This document shows positions 29,056 to 38,341 of a DNA stretch of 64,000 nucleotides, piece by piece. Below the pieces are notes generated by a model. That model was given only the letters and a program-made list of their open reading frames with translations, did not search any database and was not told the origin of the DNA. Each line of letters opens with the position of its first letter. Positions within the stretch are counted from its first letter, which is position 1. Location of the stretch: NCBI GenBank assembly GCA_903839725.1, contig CAIMDG010000001.1, positions 235,315 through 299,314 on the forward strand. The letters run 5' to 3'. Made by a program: the position numbers and the translations under genes. The DNA comes from an uncultured bacterium. Its GTDB lineage: Bacteria > Patescibacteriota > Minisyncoccia > Phycocordibacterales > PALSA-1337.

Positions 29056-32000
29056 ATGTCCCGCTTCAGCCACCTCCACGTCCACTCCCACTATTCTTTG
29101 CTTGCGGCACTACCAAAAGTTGATGATTTGGTAGATGAAGCCAAGAAACTCGGCATGAAGGCATTAGCACTTACTGACAATGGTAACCTCTATGGTGCTA
29201 TTGAATTCTATAAAGCCTGCACGAAAAAAGAGATCAAACCTATCATTGGTGTCGACTTTTTTGTCGCCATCCGTTCACGCACAGATCAACAGGCAGGAAT
29301 AGACAACCGTCGCAGTCGTCTCGTCCTTCTTGCTATGAATGAAAAGGGGTATCAAAATCTCATCCAACTCGTTACACTCTCACACCTCGAAGGTTTCTAT
29401 TACAAGCCTCGTATCGACCGCGAACTTATCGAAAAATACAGTGAAGGTCTTATCTGTATTTCGCCTTCATTCGGAGGGGAAATATCACAATCCCTCAAAA
29501 GCAGAAATCAAGACAAGGCCATAGAAGTAGCCACGTTCTATAAAAAAGTATTTGGTGACAGGCTATATATCGAAATAAGTCGACATCCTGAAATCGATGA
29601 TCATGAAGGAAATATGAAAACCTTGGCCACCTTCGCAAAAAGCCAACAGATTCCAGTATGCGCCGCACATGATGTGTACTATCTCAAACCAGAAGATCGT
29701 TTTGCTCGTGAGACACTTGTACGCGTGAATTCTCACAGTGATTCATCTGATCGTATTTCTGACAGTGATGAAGATGATTTTTCCTTTATTTCACCTGAGC
29801 GAGCTGAAGAACTATTCAGGGACATGCCTGAAGCTCTCGACAATACCCAGAAAATAGTTGATTTATGTAATCTCACCATGGAACTGGGTAAATGGGTCTT
29901 CCCTGCATTCACCGTAGAAAGTGGACGAACACCAGATGATGAATTGCGTCATGTGGTATTCGAAGGATTTGCTCGACGTGGTATCGAAAAAACAGATGAA
30001 CTCGTGAAGCGTGCGGAGTATGAACTCAAAGTCATCAAAGACAAAGGGTATTCTCCATACTTCCTTGTGGTGGCGGACATGCTTCGGTTTGCCAGAGAAA
30101 ATGGCATATTGAGTAATATCCGCGGATCAGTTTCTGGATCGATGGTCACGTATCTCGCAGGTATCACCAACATAAACCCGATTGAATATGAAATTCCCTT
30201 TGAACGCTTCCTGAATCCTGAACGTCCATCTGCTCCTGATATCGACATGGACTATGCTGACGATCGTCGCGATGACATGATTACCTATGTCCGTGGAAAA
30301 TACGGCAAGGATCACGTCGCTCAAATCGGAACATTCGGTACCATGGCTGCTCGTGGTTCAGTTCGTGACGTCGCTCGTGCTATGGGATTCCCCTACGATG
30401 TTGCTGATCGTATTTCAAAGATGATTCCTATGGGTGCACAAGGATTTCCCATGACTATTGATCGTGCCTTGAATGAAGTACCTGAGCTCAAAGAAATCTA
30501 CAATTCTGAACAGGATACTCGACGTATTATTGATATGGCAAGAAAGATCGAAGGTTGTGCGCGTCACATCGGTGTGCACGCTGCTGGTGTGGTTATTTCT
30601 CCGACTGCACTTACCGATTACACCGCACTTCAGTTTGATCCAAAAGGTGAAGGCAAAATCATCACCCAATACGATATGTACTCGATCGAAGAAGCTGGTC
30701 TTCTCAAGTTCGACTTCCTTGGGCTCAAAAACTTAACTATTATTGCCGACAGTATTGATCGCATCGAAAAGCTCACCGGTATCAAAGTTGATTACGATAC
30801 TATTCCCGTCGATGATACAAAAACATTCGAAATGCTTGCTCGCGGAGAAACTGCCGATCTCTTCCAGTTGAACGGTGACGGTATGACTAGATTCCTGAAA
30901 GACTTGAAACCAACAACCATTCACGACATCAACGCTATGGTGGCACTGTATCGTCCAGGTCCTATTCAGTTCATCCCGGAATATATTGCCCGCAAACACG
31001 ATCGATCACTCATCAAATATCTTGACCCTGCACTCGAGACAATTCTCGACAAAACATATGGCATTCTCGTGTATCAAGACGACCTCTTGATGATGGCTCA
31101 CAAGCTCGCTGGATATAGTTGGGGTGAAGTGGACAAGTTCCGTAAAGCCGTTGGTAAAAAAATTCCTGAAGAAATGGCGAAGCAAAAAGAGAAATTCATC
31201 GAAGGTTGTGTGAAGCACAGCAAATGGTCAGAGAAAAAAGCTAAAGAAGTCTGGAAATGGATTGAGCCATTTGCAGCGTACGGTTTCAACAAAGCTCACT
31301 CAGTATCATATGGTCGCGTCGCATATATTACTGCATACCTCAAAGCGCATTTTCCTGAAATATATTTGTCGGCTGTCCTTACATCTGAACAAGGTGAAAC
31401 TGAAAAAGTTGCTGAAACTATCGCTGAATGTAAGCGCATGAATATTCCTGTTCTTCCTCCTGACGTGAATGAAAGTTTCAGTCAATTCACTGTGGTCAAG
31501 ACTCTTGCAGAGGTCTCTCCAGAGCGGGCGCCAACTCCAAACCAACCGGCACAACATGTGCATGTGGGACGACCTTCGGAAGGAGCGAAGGCGAATCAGC
31601 AGATTCGTGCTTGGCCGACTGAGAATGAGGTGCTGGCCGAGCACGGCCAGACACCGTTCGTCCCACATGCACATGTTGTGCCGGTTGGTTCTTATCGCAT
31701 TCGTTTCGGTTTGGTAACGATCAAAAACTTCGGCCAAGGAATATCAACCGGCATCACCGATGAACGCAAGCGAGCTGGAAAATTCAAGTCATTGAATGAC
31801 TTCCTCGATCGCGTCAAAGACAAAAACCTCAATAAAAAATCTCTCGAAGCCCTCATCAAATCTGGAGCCATGGATTGCTTCGGTATTGATCGCGGTGTCA
31901 TGATGGCGAACCTCGATCTCATTCTTGATTACAACAAAGAAAATGCAAATCAGCACAGTGATCAAACATCCCTCTTCGGCATGTTCACCAATGCCTCTGA

Positions 32001-32418
32001 TGTACCAACTCTTCGTCTCATCGATGCGCCTCATGCCACAATGCGCGCCAAACTCGCATGGGAAAAGGAATTGCTTGGCTTGTATGTTTCAGGACATCCC
32101 CTTGAAGAATACCGCGAAATAATCACCAAAAGAGATATCGACATCAAACGAGCTCTTGAAACCGGCAAAGAAGGTGGCACTGTGGTATTGGCAGCCATGA
32201 TCAATGATGTGCGCCTCATTCAAACAAAAAAGAATGAAACTATGGCATTCATTACTATTGCTGATTTTTCCGGAGAATCAGAGGCCGTTGTATTCCCTCG
32301 CGTCTACAATGAATTCAAAGCACTTATTGCTCCTGATATTTGTCTCGCAATCAAAGCAACAATTAATTCAAGAAATGGAGAAAAAGGATTTATTCTGGAA
32401 CGATTAAAAAAACTATAA
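29056..32418 (+). CDS. dnaE: DNA polymerase III alpha subunit carrying an in-frame insertion of about 64 aa
   Basis: HLHVHSHYSLL PHP domain, FERFLNPER..PDIDMD, KFDFLGL, YGFNKAH and OB fold. Confidence 0.99.
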   Translation: MSRFSHLHVHSHYSLLAALPKVDDLVDEAKKLGMKALALTDNGNLYGAIEFYKACTKKEIKPIIGVDFFVAIRSRTDQQAGIDNRRSRLVLLAMNEKGYQNLIQLVTLSHLEGFYYKPRIDRELIEKYSEGLICISPSFGGEISQSLKSRNQDKAIEVATFYKKVFGDRLYIEISRHPEIDDHEGNMKTLATFAKSQQIPVCAAHDVYYLKPEDRFARETLVRVNSHSDSSDRISDSDEDDFSFISPERAEELFRDMPEALDNTQKIVDLCNLTMELGKWVFPAFTVESGRTPDDELRHVVFEGFARRGIEKTDELVKRAEYELKVIKDKGYSPYFLVVADMLRFARENGILSNIRGSVSGSMVTYLAGITNINPIEYEIPFERFLNPERPSAPDIDMDYADDRRDDMITYVRGKYGKDHVAQIGTFGTMAARGSVRDVARAMGFPYDVADRISKMIPMGAQGFPMTIDRALNEVPELKEIYNSEQDTRRIIDMARKIEGCARHIGVHAAGVVISPTALTDYTALQFDPKGEGKIITQYDMYSIEEAGLLKFDFLGLKNLTIIADSIDRIEKLTGIKVDYDTIPVDDTKTFEMLARGETADLFQLNGDGMTRFLKDLKPTTIHDINAMVALYRPGPIQFIPEYIARKHDRSLIKYLDPALETILDKTYGILVYQDDLLMMAHKLAGYSWGEVDKFRKAVGKKIPEEMAKQKEKFIEGCVKHSKWSEKKAKEVWKWIEPFAAYGFNKAHSVSYGRVAYITAYLKAHFPEIYLSAVLTSEQGETEKVAETIAECKRMNIPVLPPDVNESFSQFTVVKTLAEVSPERAPTPNQPAQHVHVGRPSEGAKANQQIRAWPTENEVLAEHGQTPFVPHAHVVPVGSYRIRFGLVTIKNFGQGISTGITDERKRAGKFKSLNDFLDRVKDKNLNKKSLEALIKSGAMDCFGIDRGVMMANLDLILDYNKENANQHSDQTSLFGMFTNASDVPTLRLIDAPHATMRAKLAWEKELLGLYVSGHPLEEYREIITKRDIDIKRALETGKEGGTVVLAAMINDVRLIQTKKNETMAFITIADFSGESEAVVFPRVYNEFKALIAPDICLAIKATINSRNGEKGFILERLKKL
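31540..31690. mobile_element. 151-bp MITE-like palindromic element in frame inside dnaE
   Basis: Perfect 33-bp arms (31540-31572 and 31658-31690) enclose three small hairpins; GC-rich; no stop codon in the dnaE frame. Confidence 0.8.
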
Positions 32419-32427
32419 AGGCATAAT

Positions 32428-32457
32428 AAAATCCCGAGAAGTGCATCTCGGGATTTT
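32428..32457. terminator. Bidirectional terminator
   Basis: AAAATCCCGAGA...TCTCGGGATTTT between convergent genes. Confidence 0.75.
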
Positions 32458-32471
32458 GATTTTAAGCACAA

Positions 32472-32756
32472 TTATTTTGTGAGCTCTTTGATAAGACTGC
32501 CTGCGTAGCGGTCTTCTATGCTCGAATAGTAGATACCCATGGGGTTGTGTATCGTCAGCTCACCTACGGTAATGATACCGGTGACATTTCCTGTAAAAAT
32601 AACATTGCTCAAAAAAAGCTTACTGACAAAAATGTTGTTGAAGTCAATATCACCAGTAACTTCGACATTCTTGAACTCAAACAGATGCATATGCTCTGAA
32701 TCCTGACCAGCCCGACACATCATAGCCATAAAGGCTTCTGCGGTCATAGTTTTCAT
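32472..32756 (-). CDS. Hypothetical protein
   Basis: 94-aa ORF with a beta-rich VTGD/FTGN pattern. Confidence 0.55.
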   Translation of the reverse strand: MKTMTAEAFMAMMCRAGQDSEHMHLFEFKNVEVTGDIDFNNIFVSKLFLSNVIFTGNVTGIITVGELTIHNPMGIYYSSIEDRYAGSLIKELTK

Positions 32757-32853
32757 ATATTCCTACTTTCAAGCTACTTCATGCAGACATATTTTGCAAA
32801 TACAAAAAACAGTGCCTCTTTCAAGACACTGTTTGCGAATAGGCGACGAGTAT

Positions 32854-34728
32854 TTAGCCGATGCGATGCTTATCTTCAGTATACATTCTTGCAAATGCAC
32901 CTTGTTTCGCCATAAGCTCGGCAGGGGTTCCTTGCTCAACGATTTCGCCCTTACCCATCATGATGACTTTGTCACAACGTTCAGCGCGTGAGACGTGGTG
33001 CGTGATCATGACGACGGTTACATTCTTGAGCTTGAATACCTGGTCAATGACTTTCTTTGCCGAATCAGGATCCAAATTGGAGTCCGGTTCATCGAGAATC
33101 AAGATCGGTGTCCGACGATAGTGCACACGCGCCAATGCCAATCGCTTTCGTTCTCCGCCGGAGAATTCAAGACCATCGAACTGCGTGCCGATTTGAGCGT
33201 CATATCCCTTCGGGTTGTCACTCACCACTTCGTCAAAATGCGCGAAGCGTGCAGAGTTCGTAACGTCTTCAGGATTGATCGTTTGACCAAGTCTCGACGA
33301 AGCGATTTCACCAGCTATCGAACGTTCAAGCACGGTAAAGTCTTGGGTCAAAGCGGAGATGACTTCATTCCAATCTCTTGGTTTGATATTCCGCAGATTG
33401 ATTCCGTTTGCAGTTATCGAGCCAGACGATGCATCGTAATATCTACACAACAATGCTTGAAGCGTAGACTTACCATTACCACTTCCTCCGACGATGGCCA
33501 CCTTACTTCCCGGCTCGATCGTAAAGCTTACATCCTTGATCGCCAGTGTGTCTGACGTTGGATACGCGAAGCTCACATGGTCGAATACGATACGAGGGAT
33601 GCCTTCTAGACCAGGACGTCCAATGAATGGCGGAATGACCGGCGACTCCGTGACAATACTTGATTTCATGCCAAAGAATTCCTTCTCGATCATGATGACA
33701 CCTTTGGCATTGTTCCACTGGTCAGCCACCATACCGACGATTGATTCGAGGCTGACCTGGAATGTGCGCGCGGCAGCAATAATAATCGTAAGCGTTCCGA
33801 TTCCAAGATCATACGCAGCAGTGGACCATATTGCATAGACGATAACTCCACCAAGCCCAAGAAACATCACCAAATTGGCGAGTAGTTTTTTCTTGAGACA
33901 CGTCATACGAATATGATCGTATTCATCGAGAATACCACCGACATTGATGTCGACTTCCTTGCGAAGAGCCGGCATCTGGTTGAACATGAGCGCCTGCATG
34001 AATGCAGTTGGCTGATTGTATGCTCTTTCGAGAACATATCGTCTCTTGTGTTTGGGCACAAAACCACGGAACAAGTCCCACCACATCTGCACCAAGCGGA
34101 ATTCGATGAATACCGCCGGCAATGTTGCGATAACGAGCACCAGTGCAAAAAGCGGCTGATACACAACGAGAGTTGCACCGAAAAGTGCAAATGATATGAG
34201 TGTCGTGAAGAGGTCGAACATCTGGTCCGAGTATACAATTCTCGTTTGCCATGATGAAGGAAGCTCTTCAATATTCTTCGTTAGATCATCAAACTCTTTG
34301 CTTTTGAACCGAGCAATGTCGAGGGTCGAACGATGCTCGTTGAGTTCACGACGATTGAAGAAATGTAACTCAATCTTCCACAAATTGGCGTAATACCATT
34401 TGATGCGACCGAGCACAACACCAACCAAGATAACAGTAAGCATAAATACACTTGGCCACAGGAGATCACTGTGAATGAAATCCGTGAATGAGTGTACAGA
34501 CTGATGAGATGCTGCGACACGCTGGGCAGCGTTGATGATCCAACCAGTTGCCTGAACAACCAAATACACCACGATGGTGTTAAAAAATGAAACGCCAATC
34601 AGGACCTTGGTAGCTTTTTTACTGTTCTTCCAACAAAACGCGAACGAATACCTTGTCGCCAAGAGTATCGTCGCTATGGTTTCTCGTATCTTATTCATAA
34701 GAATGAAGGGTTTATTGTTAAACTGCAA
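32854..34728 (-). CDS. ABC exporter (fused TMD and NBD)
   Basis: About six TM segments, GGSGNGKST, FSGGERKRL, LILDEP and THH. Confidence 0.93.
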   Translation of the reverse strand: MQFNNKPFILMNKIRETIATILLATRYSFAFCWKNSKKATKVLIGVSFFNTIVVYLVVQATGWIINAAQRVAASHQSVHSFTDFIHSDLLWPSVFMLTVILVGVVLGRIKWYYANLWKIELHFFNRRELNEHRSTLDIARFKSKEFDDLTKNIEELPSSWQTRIVYSDQMFDLFTTLISFALFGATLVVYQPLFALVLVIATLPAVFIEFRLVQMWWDLFRGFVPKHKRRYVLERAYNQPTAFMQALMFNQMPALRKEVDINVGGILDEYDHIRMTCLKKKLLANLVMFLGLGGVIVYAIWSTAAYDLGIGTLTIIIAAARTFQVSLESIVGMVADQWNNAKGVIMIEKEFFGMKSSIVTESPVIPPFIGRPGLEGIPRIVFDHVSFAYPTSDTLAIKDVSFTIEPGSKVAIVGGSGNGKSTLQALLCRYYDASSGSITANGINLRNIKPRDWNEVISALTQDFTVLERSIAGEIASSRLGQTINPEDVTNSARFAHFDEVVSDNPKGYDAQIGTQFDGLEFSGGERKRLALARVHYRRTPILILDEPDSNLDPDSAKKVIDQVFKLKNVTVVMITHHVSRAERCDKVIMMGKGEIVEQGTPAELMAKQGAFARMYTEDKHRIG

Positions 34729-34952
34729 TAAATTCTATAATATACAATATCAGGAAACTAGACTTGATGTCAAACTAGTTTTATAGTGTAATTCACAATT
34801 TCTTGCATAAAATGACACATTCTGGTATAGTATATCTACTGACGAGAAATGACCTTCCCAAAGGCCATTTTTTGTTTTCTAAATTTTAAGACAAACTTTT
34901 TATATGCAATGATGGCGCCCTGTTGTTACAAGGCGCCATTCGCGATTGAGCT

Positions 34953-35414
34953 TTAATTAAAATATCTATCAAAGATCAGCTCACAGATCTTGATTTCCGA
35001 CTCGTTCTGCGGAATGTGAACATAGTTGGGGATGTAAACATATTCCCCTTCGAGCCATATCGGAACACTTGGAACGATTTGGGAAACTTCCCGACGAAGT
35101 GTTTCCGGTTCACAGAGCACCGGATTGATGTGTGATCCACGGAGCAGTGCGATACGGTTCACGATGTTCGCACTCTCTAGCTCAGCAGTGAACCTGATGA
35201 CCGTAAGTCTCTTGGTCATCTCCTCTATCGTTTGCTCGAGGATAGGCTCGGGCGAATCCGGATACAGCAAGCGAATCTGTTCTGGAGAGATCCAGATATT
35301 CACGTTAGTGTTCCGAGAAACCCGATCAAGGCGAAGCCTTTGAACTCTGTCGATAATGTGTGCACTTCCCGCGATTTTGGCGGAAGGCTTTATCACAATG
35401 TATTGTTTTTTCAT
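34953..35414 (-). CDS. Hypothetical protein
   Basis: 153 aa starting MKKQY, followed by a hairpin at about 34912-34938. Confidence 0.55.
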   Translation of the reverse strand: MKKQYIVIKPSAKIAGSAHIIDRVQRLRLDRVSRNTNVNIWISPEQIRLLYPDSPEPILEQTIEEMTKRLTVIRFTAELESANIVNRIALLRGSHINPVLCEPETLRREVSQIVPSVPIWLEGEYVYIPNYVHIPQNESEIKICELIFDRYFN

Positions 35415-35550
35415 GTAGTATTCAGTTGTAACCGAGCGAACGGCGCTCAGTAGGTGCAGTTTGTTTGTGAGTATAATAACATTATTTTTATAGATAGTCA
35501 ATCCTCTTTACACTCCTATTCTATCTAGTATTATTATGACTACAGAAGTT

Positions 35551-35731
35551 GTTGCAGCCACCATCTGCAATTGATCCGCCAACCGGCGAACAAGCCTAGA
35601 AGCCTAATCTGCAATACATAAAGAGTGCTCGTCATAGTGGCGAGAAACTCGGTGGAACCACGAGGTTTATATTAGATTCCCCGTCCGAGTATGTACGTGA
35701 ATTTTTTCGCGCACATACTCGGCCGTTTTTT
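35551..35731 (+). promoter_or_regulatory. T-box riboswitch upstream of thrS
   Basis: AGAGTG, stem III (CTCGTCA/TGGCGAG), T-box CTCGG-TGGAACC-ACG, antiterminator partner CGT-CCGAG, and an overlapping terminator CCGAGTATGT/ACATACTCGG with a T tract. Confidence 0.85.
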
Positions 35732-35772
35732 GAATCTCAAAAATTAAAAATAAAATCTTAAAAATAAACACA

Positions 35773-37539
35773 ATGAACCAACCTAACGAACAACTCCAAC
35801 ATCTTCGTCACACGCTTGCTCATCTTCTTGCAGCGGCCGTATTAGAATTATACCCAGATACAAAACCAACTATTGGTCCAGCGATCGATACTGGATTCTA
35901 TTATGACTTTGAATTCAAGACACCCATCACCGACAAAGACCTGAAAGACATAGAAAAGAAGATGCGTAAACTTCTTCCTTCATGGAAAGACATGTCTGGT
36001 AAAGAAGTTTCAGCCGATGAGGCTCGTTCCACATTCAAGGACAATCAATACAAGATTGAACTCATCAATGATATTCTTGCCAAGAATGAAAAAATAACTC
36101 TCTACACTGCCGGAAAGTTCACTGACCTGTGTCGTGGTGGACACAATGAGAATCCAGCAAAAGACATTCCTTCTGATTGTTTCAAACTTTCGAGACTTGC
36201 AGGTGCATATTGGAGAGGTGATGAAAAAAATATACAGCTGACTCGTATCTATGGAATTGCATACGCAAACAAAACTGACCTTGAAGTGTATGAAAATCTC
36301 GTGAAAGAAGCTGAAAAGAGAGATCACAAAAAACTCGGTAGAGAGCTCGACTTATTTACACTTTCTCCCCTTGTTGGTCCCGGTCTCCCTCTCCTCAAAC
36401 CAAAAGGTATGGCGATTCGCAGACAGATAGAGGCATACCTTTGGGAGTTACATCGTGACAAAGGCTATGAATGGGTCTGGACTCCACATATCGCAAAAGA
36501 AGAACTGTATGTCACCTCTGGTCATGCGGCAAAATTTGGAAATGAACTTTTCCGTGTTACAGGAAAAGAAGAAAAGTTTATTTTAAAACCTATGAATTGT
36601 CCGCACCATATGCAAATCTTTGCTGACAATCAATTCTCATATCGAGATATGCCTGTACGCTATTTTGAACCAGCAACTGTATATCGTGATGAAAAAAGTG
36701 GTCAGCTCGGCGGGCTCACTCGAGTTCGCGCTATCACCCAAGACGATGGTCACCTCTTCTGTCGTGTATCTCAAATTCAACAAGAAGTGAGTACTATCGT
36801 GGCTATCATCCGTCAATTCTATACAACAATGAACCTGATGAATGAATATTGGGTAAGTTTATCCGTACGCGGAGAAGATCGTAGCAAATATCTCGGTACA
36901 GATGAAGCATGGGAAAAAGCTGAAGGCGCACTCGAACAAGCAGCTATCGCAAATAATCTTAACTATAAAAAAGTTATCGGGGAAGCTGCATTCTACGGAC
37001 CTAAACTGGATTTTATGTTCAAGGATGCAATTGGTCGTGAATGGCAACTCGCTACAATTCAGTGTGACTTCAACCTCCCTGAACGCTTTGATCTTTTCTT
37101 CACCAATGAAAAAAGCGAGAAGGAACGTCCTGTTGTTATCCATCGTGCAATATCAGGATCCCTTGAAAGATTCATGGGTATACTTATAGAACATTACAGT
37201 GGCAATTTCCCTCTCTGGCTCGCACCATCTCAAGTTGCCGTTATTCCTGTCGGTGAAGCTCATTTTACTGAGGCACAAAAAGTTCATGATCTACTCCGTG
37301 GCGTAATGATTCGTTCTGAGATCGACCTCTCGAACAATGGCTTCGGCAAGAAGATTCGTAATGCCAAGAATGCTCGCACCCCATACACCATCATTATTGG
37401 CGACAAGGATATGGAGGCAAAGAAAGTAACCCTTGAAAGTCGAGATCTAGCTGCGCAGACAGGCAAAGGTCAGATCGGTCAACTCGACGCGAGTGAGGTG
37501 CTGAAGAAATTGGTTGAGGAAATTAACGAAAGAAAATAA
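35773..37539 (+). CDS. thrS: Threonine--tRNA ligase
   Basis: HTLAHLLA, DLCRGGH, RDHKKLG, KPMNCPHH, AFYGPK and IHRA..GSLERF. Confidence 0.99.
   Translation: MNQPNEQLQHLRHTLAHLLAAAVLELYPDTKPTIGPAIDTGFYYDFEFKTPITDKDLKDIEKKMRKLLPSWKDMSGKEVSADEARSTFKDNQYKIELINDILAKNEKITLYTAGKFTDLCRGGHNENPAKDIPSDCFKLSRLAGAYWRGDEKNIQLTRIYGIAYANKTDLEVYENLVKEAEKRDHKKLGRELDLFTLSPLVGPGLPLLKPKGMAIRRQIEAYLWELHRDKGYEWVWTPHIAKEELYVTSGHAAKFGNELFRVTGKEEKFILKPMNCPHHMQIFADNQFSYRDMPVRYFEPATVYRDEKSGQLGGLTRVRAITQDDGHLFCRVSQIQQEVSTIVAIIRQFYTTMNLMNEYWVSLSVRGEDRSKYLGTDEAWEKAEGALEQAAIANNLNYKKVIGEAAFYGPKLDFMFKDAIGREWQLATIQCDFNLPERFDLFFTNEKSEKERPVVIHRAISGSLERFMGILIEHYSGNFPLWLAPSQVAVIPVGEAHFTEAQKVHDLLRGVMIRSEIDLSNNGFGKKIRNAKNARTPYTIIIGDKDMEAKKVTLESRDLAAQTGKGQIGQLDASEVLKKLVEEINERK
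37446..37463. repeat. Decayed 18-bp palindrome in thrS (LAAQTG)
   Basis: TCTAGCTGCGCAGACAGG matches the consensus at 14/18, in the same frame and the same D..K context as uvrB. Confidence 0.6.
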
Positions 37540-37546
37540 TACGTAG

Positions 37547-37587
37547 ACATAAAAACACCCGACGAATATTGTCGGGTGTTTTTATGT
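37547..37587. terminator. Bidirectional terminator
   Basis: ACATAAAAACACCCGAC...GTCGGGTGTTTTTATGT. Confidence 0.8.
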
Positions 37588-37599
37588 AATTCAAGATAT

Positions 37600-38220
37600 T
37601 TAGATATGCTCTGGAATATTGTGTCCAGTAATAAACCACGTACTTGGTGTTTCAACCTTGGCACCTGTTTCGTCAATGATTGGTGTTTCAATAACTTTTC
37701 GATTTGACTCAGATAATTCTTGAAATTCTTTTGTACTTACAAAGCCTTTAAATACAAGGTATCTCAATGAATCCTTTGCCATTTCTCCTGTAATCTTATT
37801 GAATGTTGATTCAGGGTCGATCTTGGCAAGCTTATCGGCGAGTCCTCTGAACAATGTAATGTGGTCAATTCTTCCTTCACCGTAAAAAGCTTGTTTTGTG
37901 AGAGAATCAATAAGAACAAAGAAGGCTCGAAGTGCTCGTTGGTGACCGTCACCAGGGCCTCTGTAAAGATATACGTGTTCGTCATCAAGAGGGACACCAA
38001 AAGATTCACATACATCCTTTCGTACTTCCAAAAATTCAACAGCTTCTTTTGTAGCATCAATTCTTTTCTTTTCATGAACTTCATCGTGGAAGCCCTTGTT
38101 CAACTCAACAGATCTAACTTTTATACTGACATCATTAATAATATGCAATAACTTATCGTGATAATTAGAAGGCACTTCTGATGAAGAAGGTTGTAACAAT
38201 TCATATTTTTTCATAGTCAC
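37600..38220 (-). CDS. Hypothetical protein
   Basis: 206-aa ORF with TATAAT immediately upstream. Confidence 0.6.
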   Translation of the reverse strand: MTMKKYELLQPSSSEVPSNYHDKLLHIINDVSIKVRSVELNKGFHDEVHEKKRIDATKEAVEFLEVRKDVCESFGVPLDDEHVYLYRGPGDGHQRALRAFFVLIDSLTKQAFYGEGRIDHITLFRGLADKLAKIDPESTFNKITGEMAKDSLRYLVFKGFVSTKEFQELSESNRKVIETPIIDETGAKVETPSTWFITGHNIPEHI

Positions 38221-38264
38221 ATTATACCCTTATGAATCGGTGTAATCAAACCAATTTGAGTACA

Positions 38265-38296
38265 ACAAAAATCACCTCTTTCGAGGTGATTTTTGT
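38265..38296. terminator. Intrinsic terminator
   Basis: ACAAAAATCACCTC-TTTC-GAGGTGATTTTTGT. Confidence 0.75.
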
Positions 38297-38341
38297 ATAA
38301 ACATTTATTTTTGGAGGCTCACACTCGCTCAGTCTCTTGGA

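Noticed and set aside
31501-31692. Intein in dnaE
   Set aside because: Only about 64 aa, with no Cys/Ser start block or His-Asn end; the DNA inverted repeat explains it better.
32496-32513. Possible fifth copy of the 18-bp palindrome (CTGCCTGCGTAG)
   Set aside because: Only the left half matches, it is not palindromic, and it is in a different frame; could be chance.
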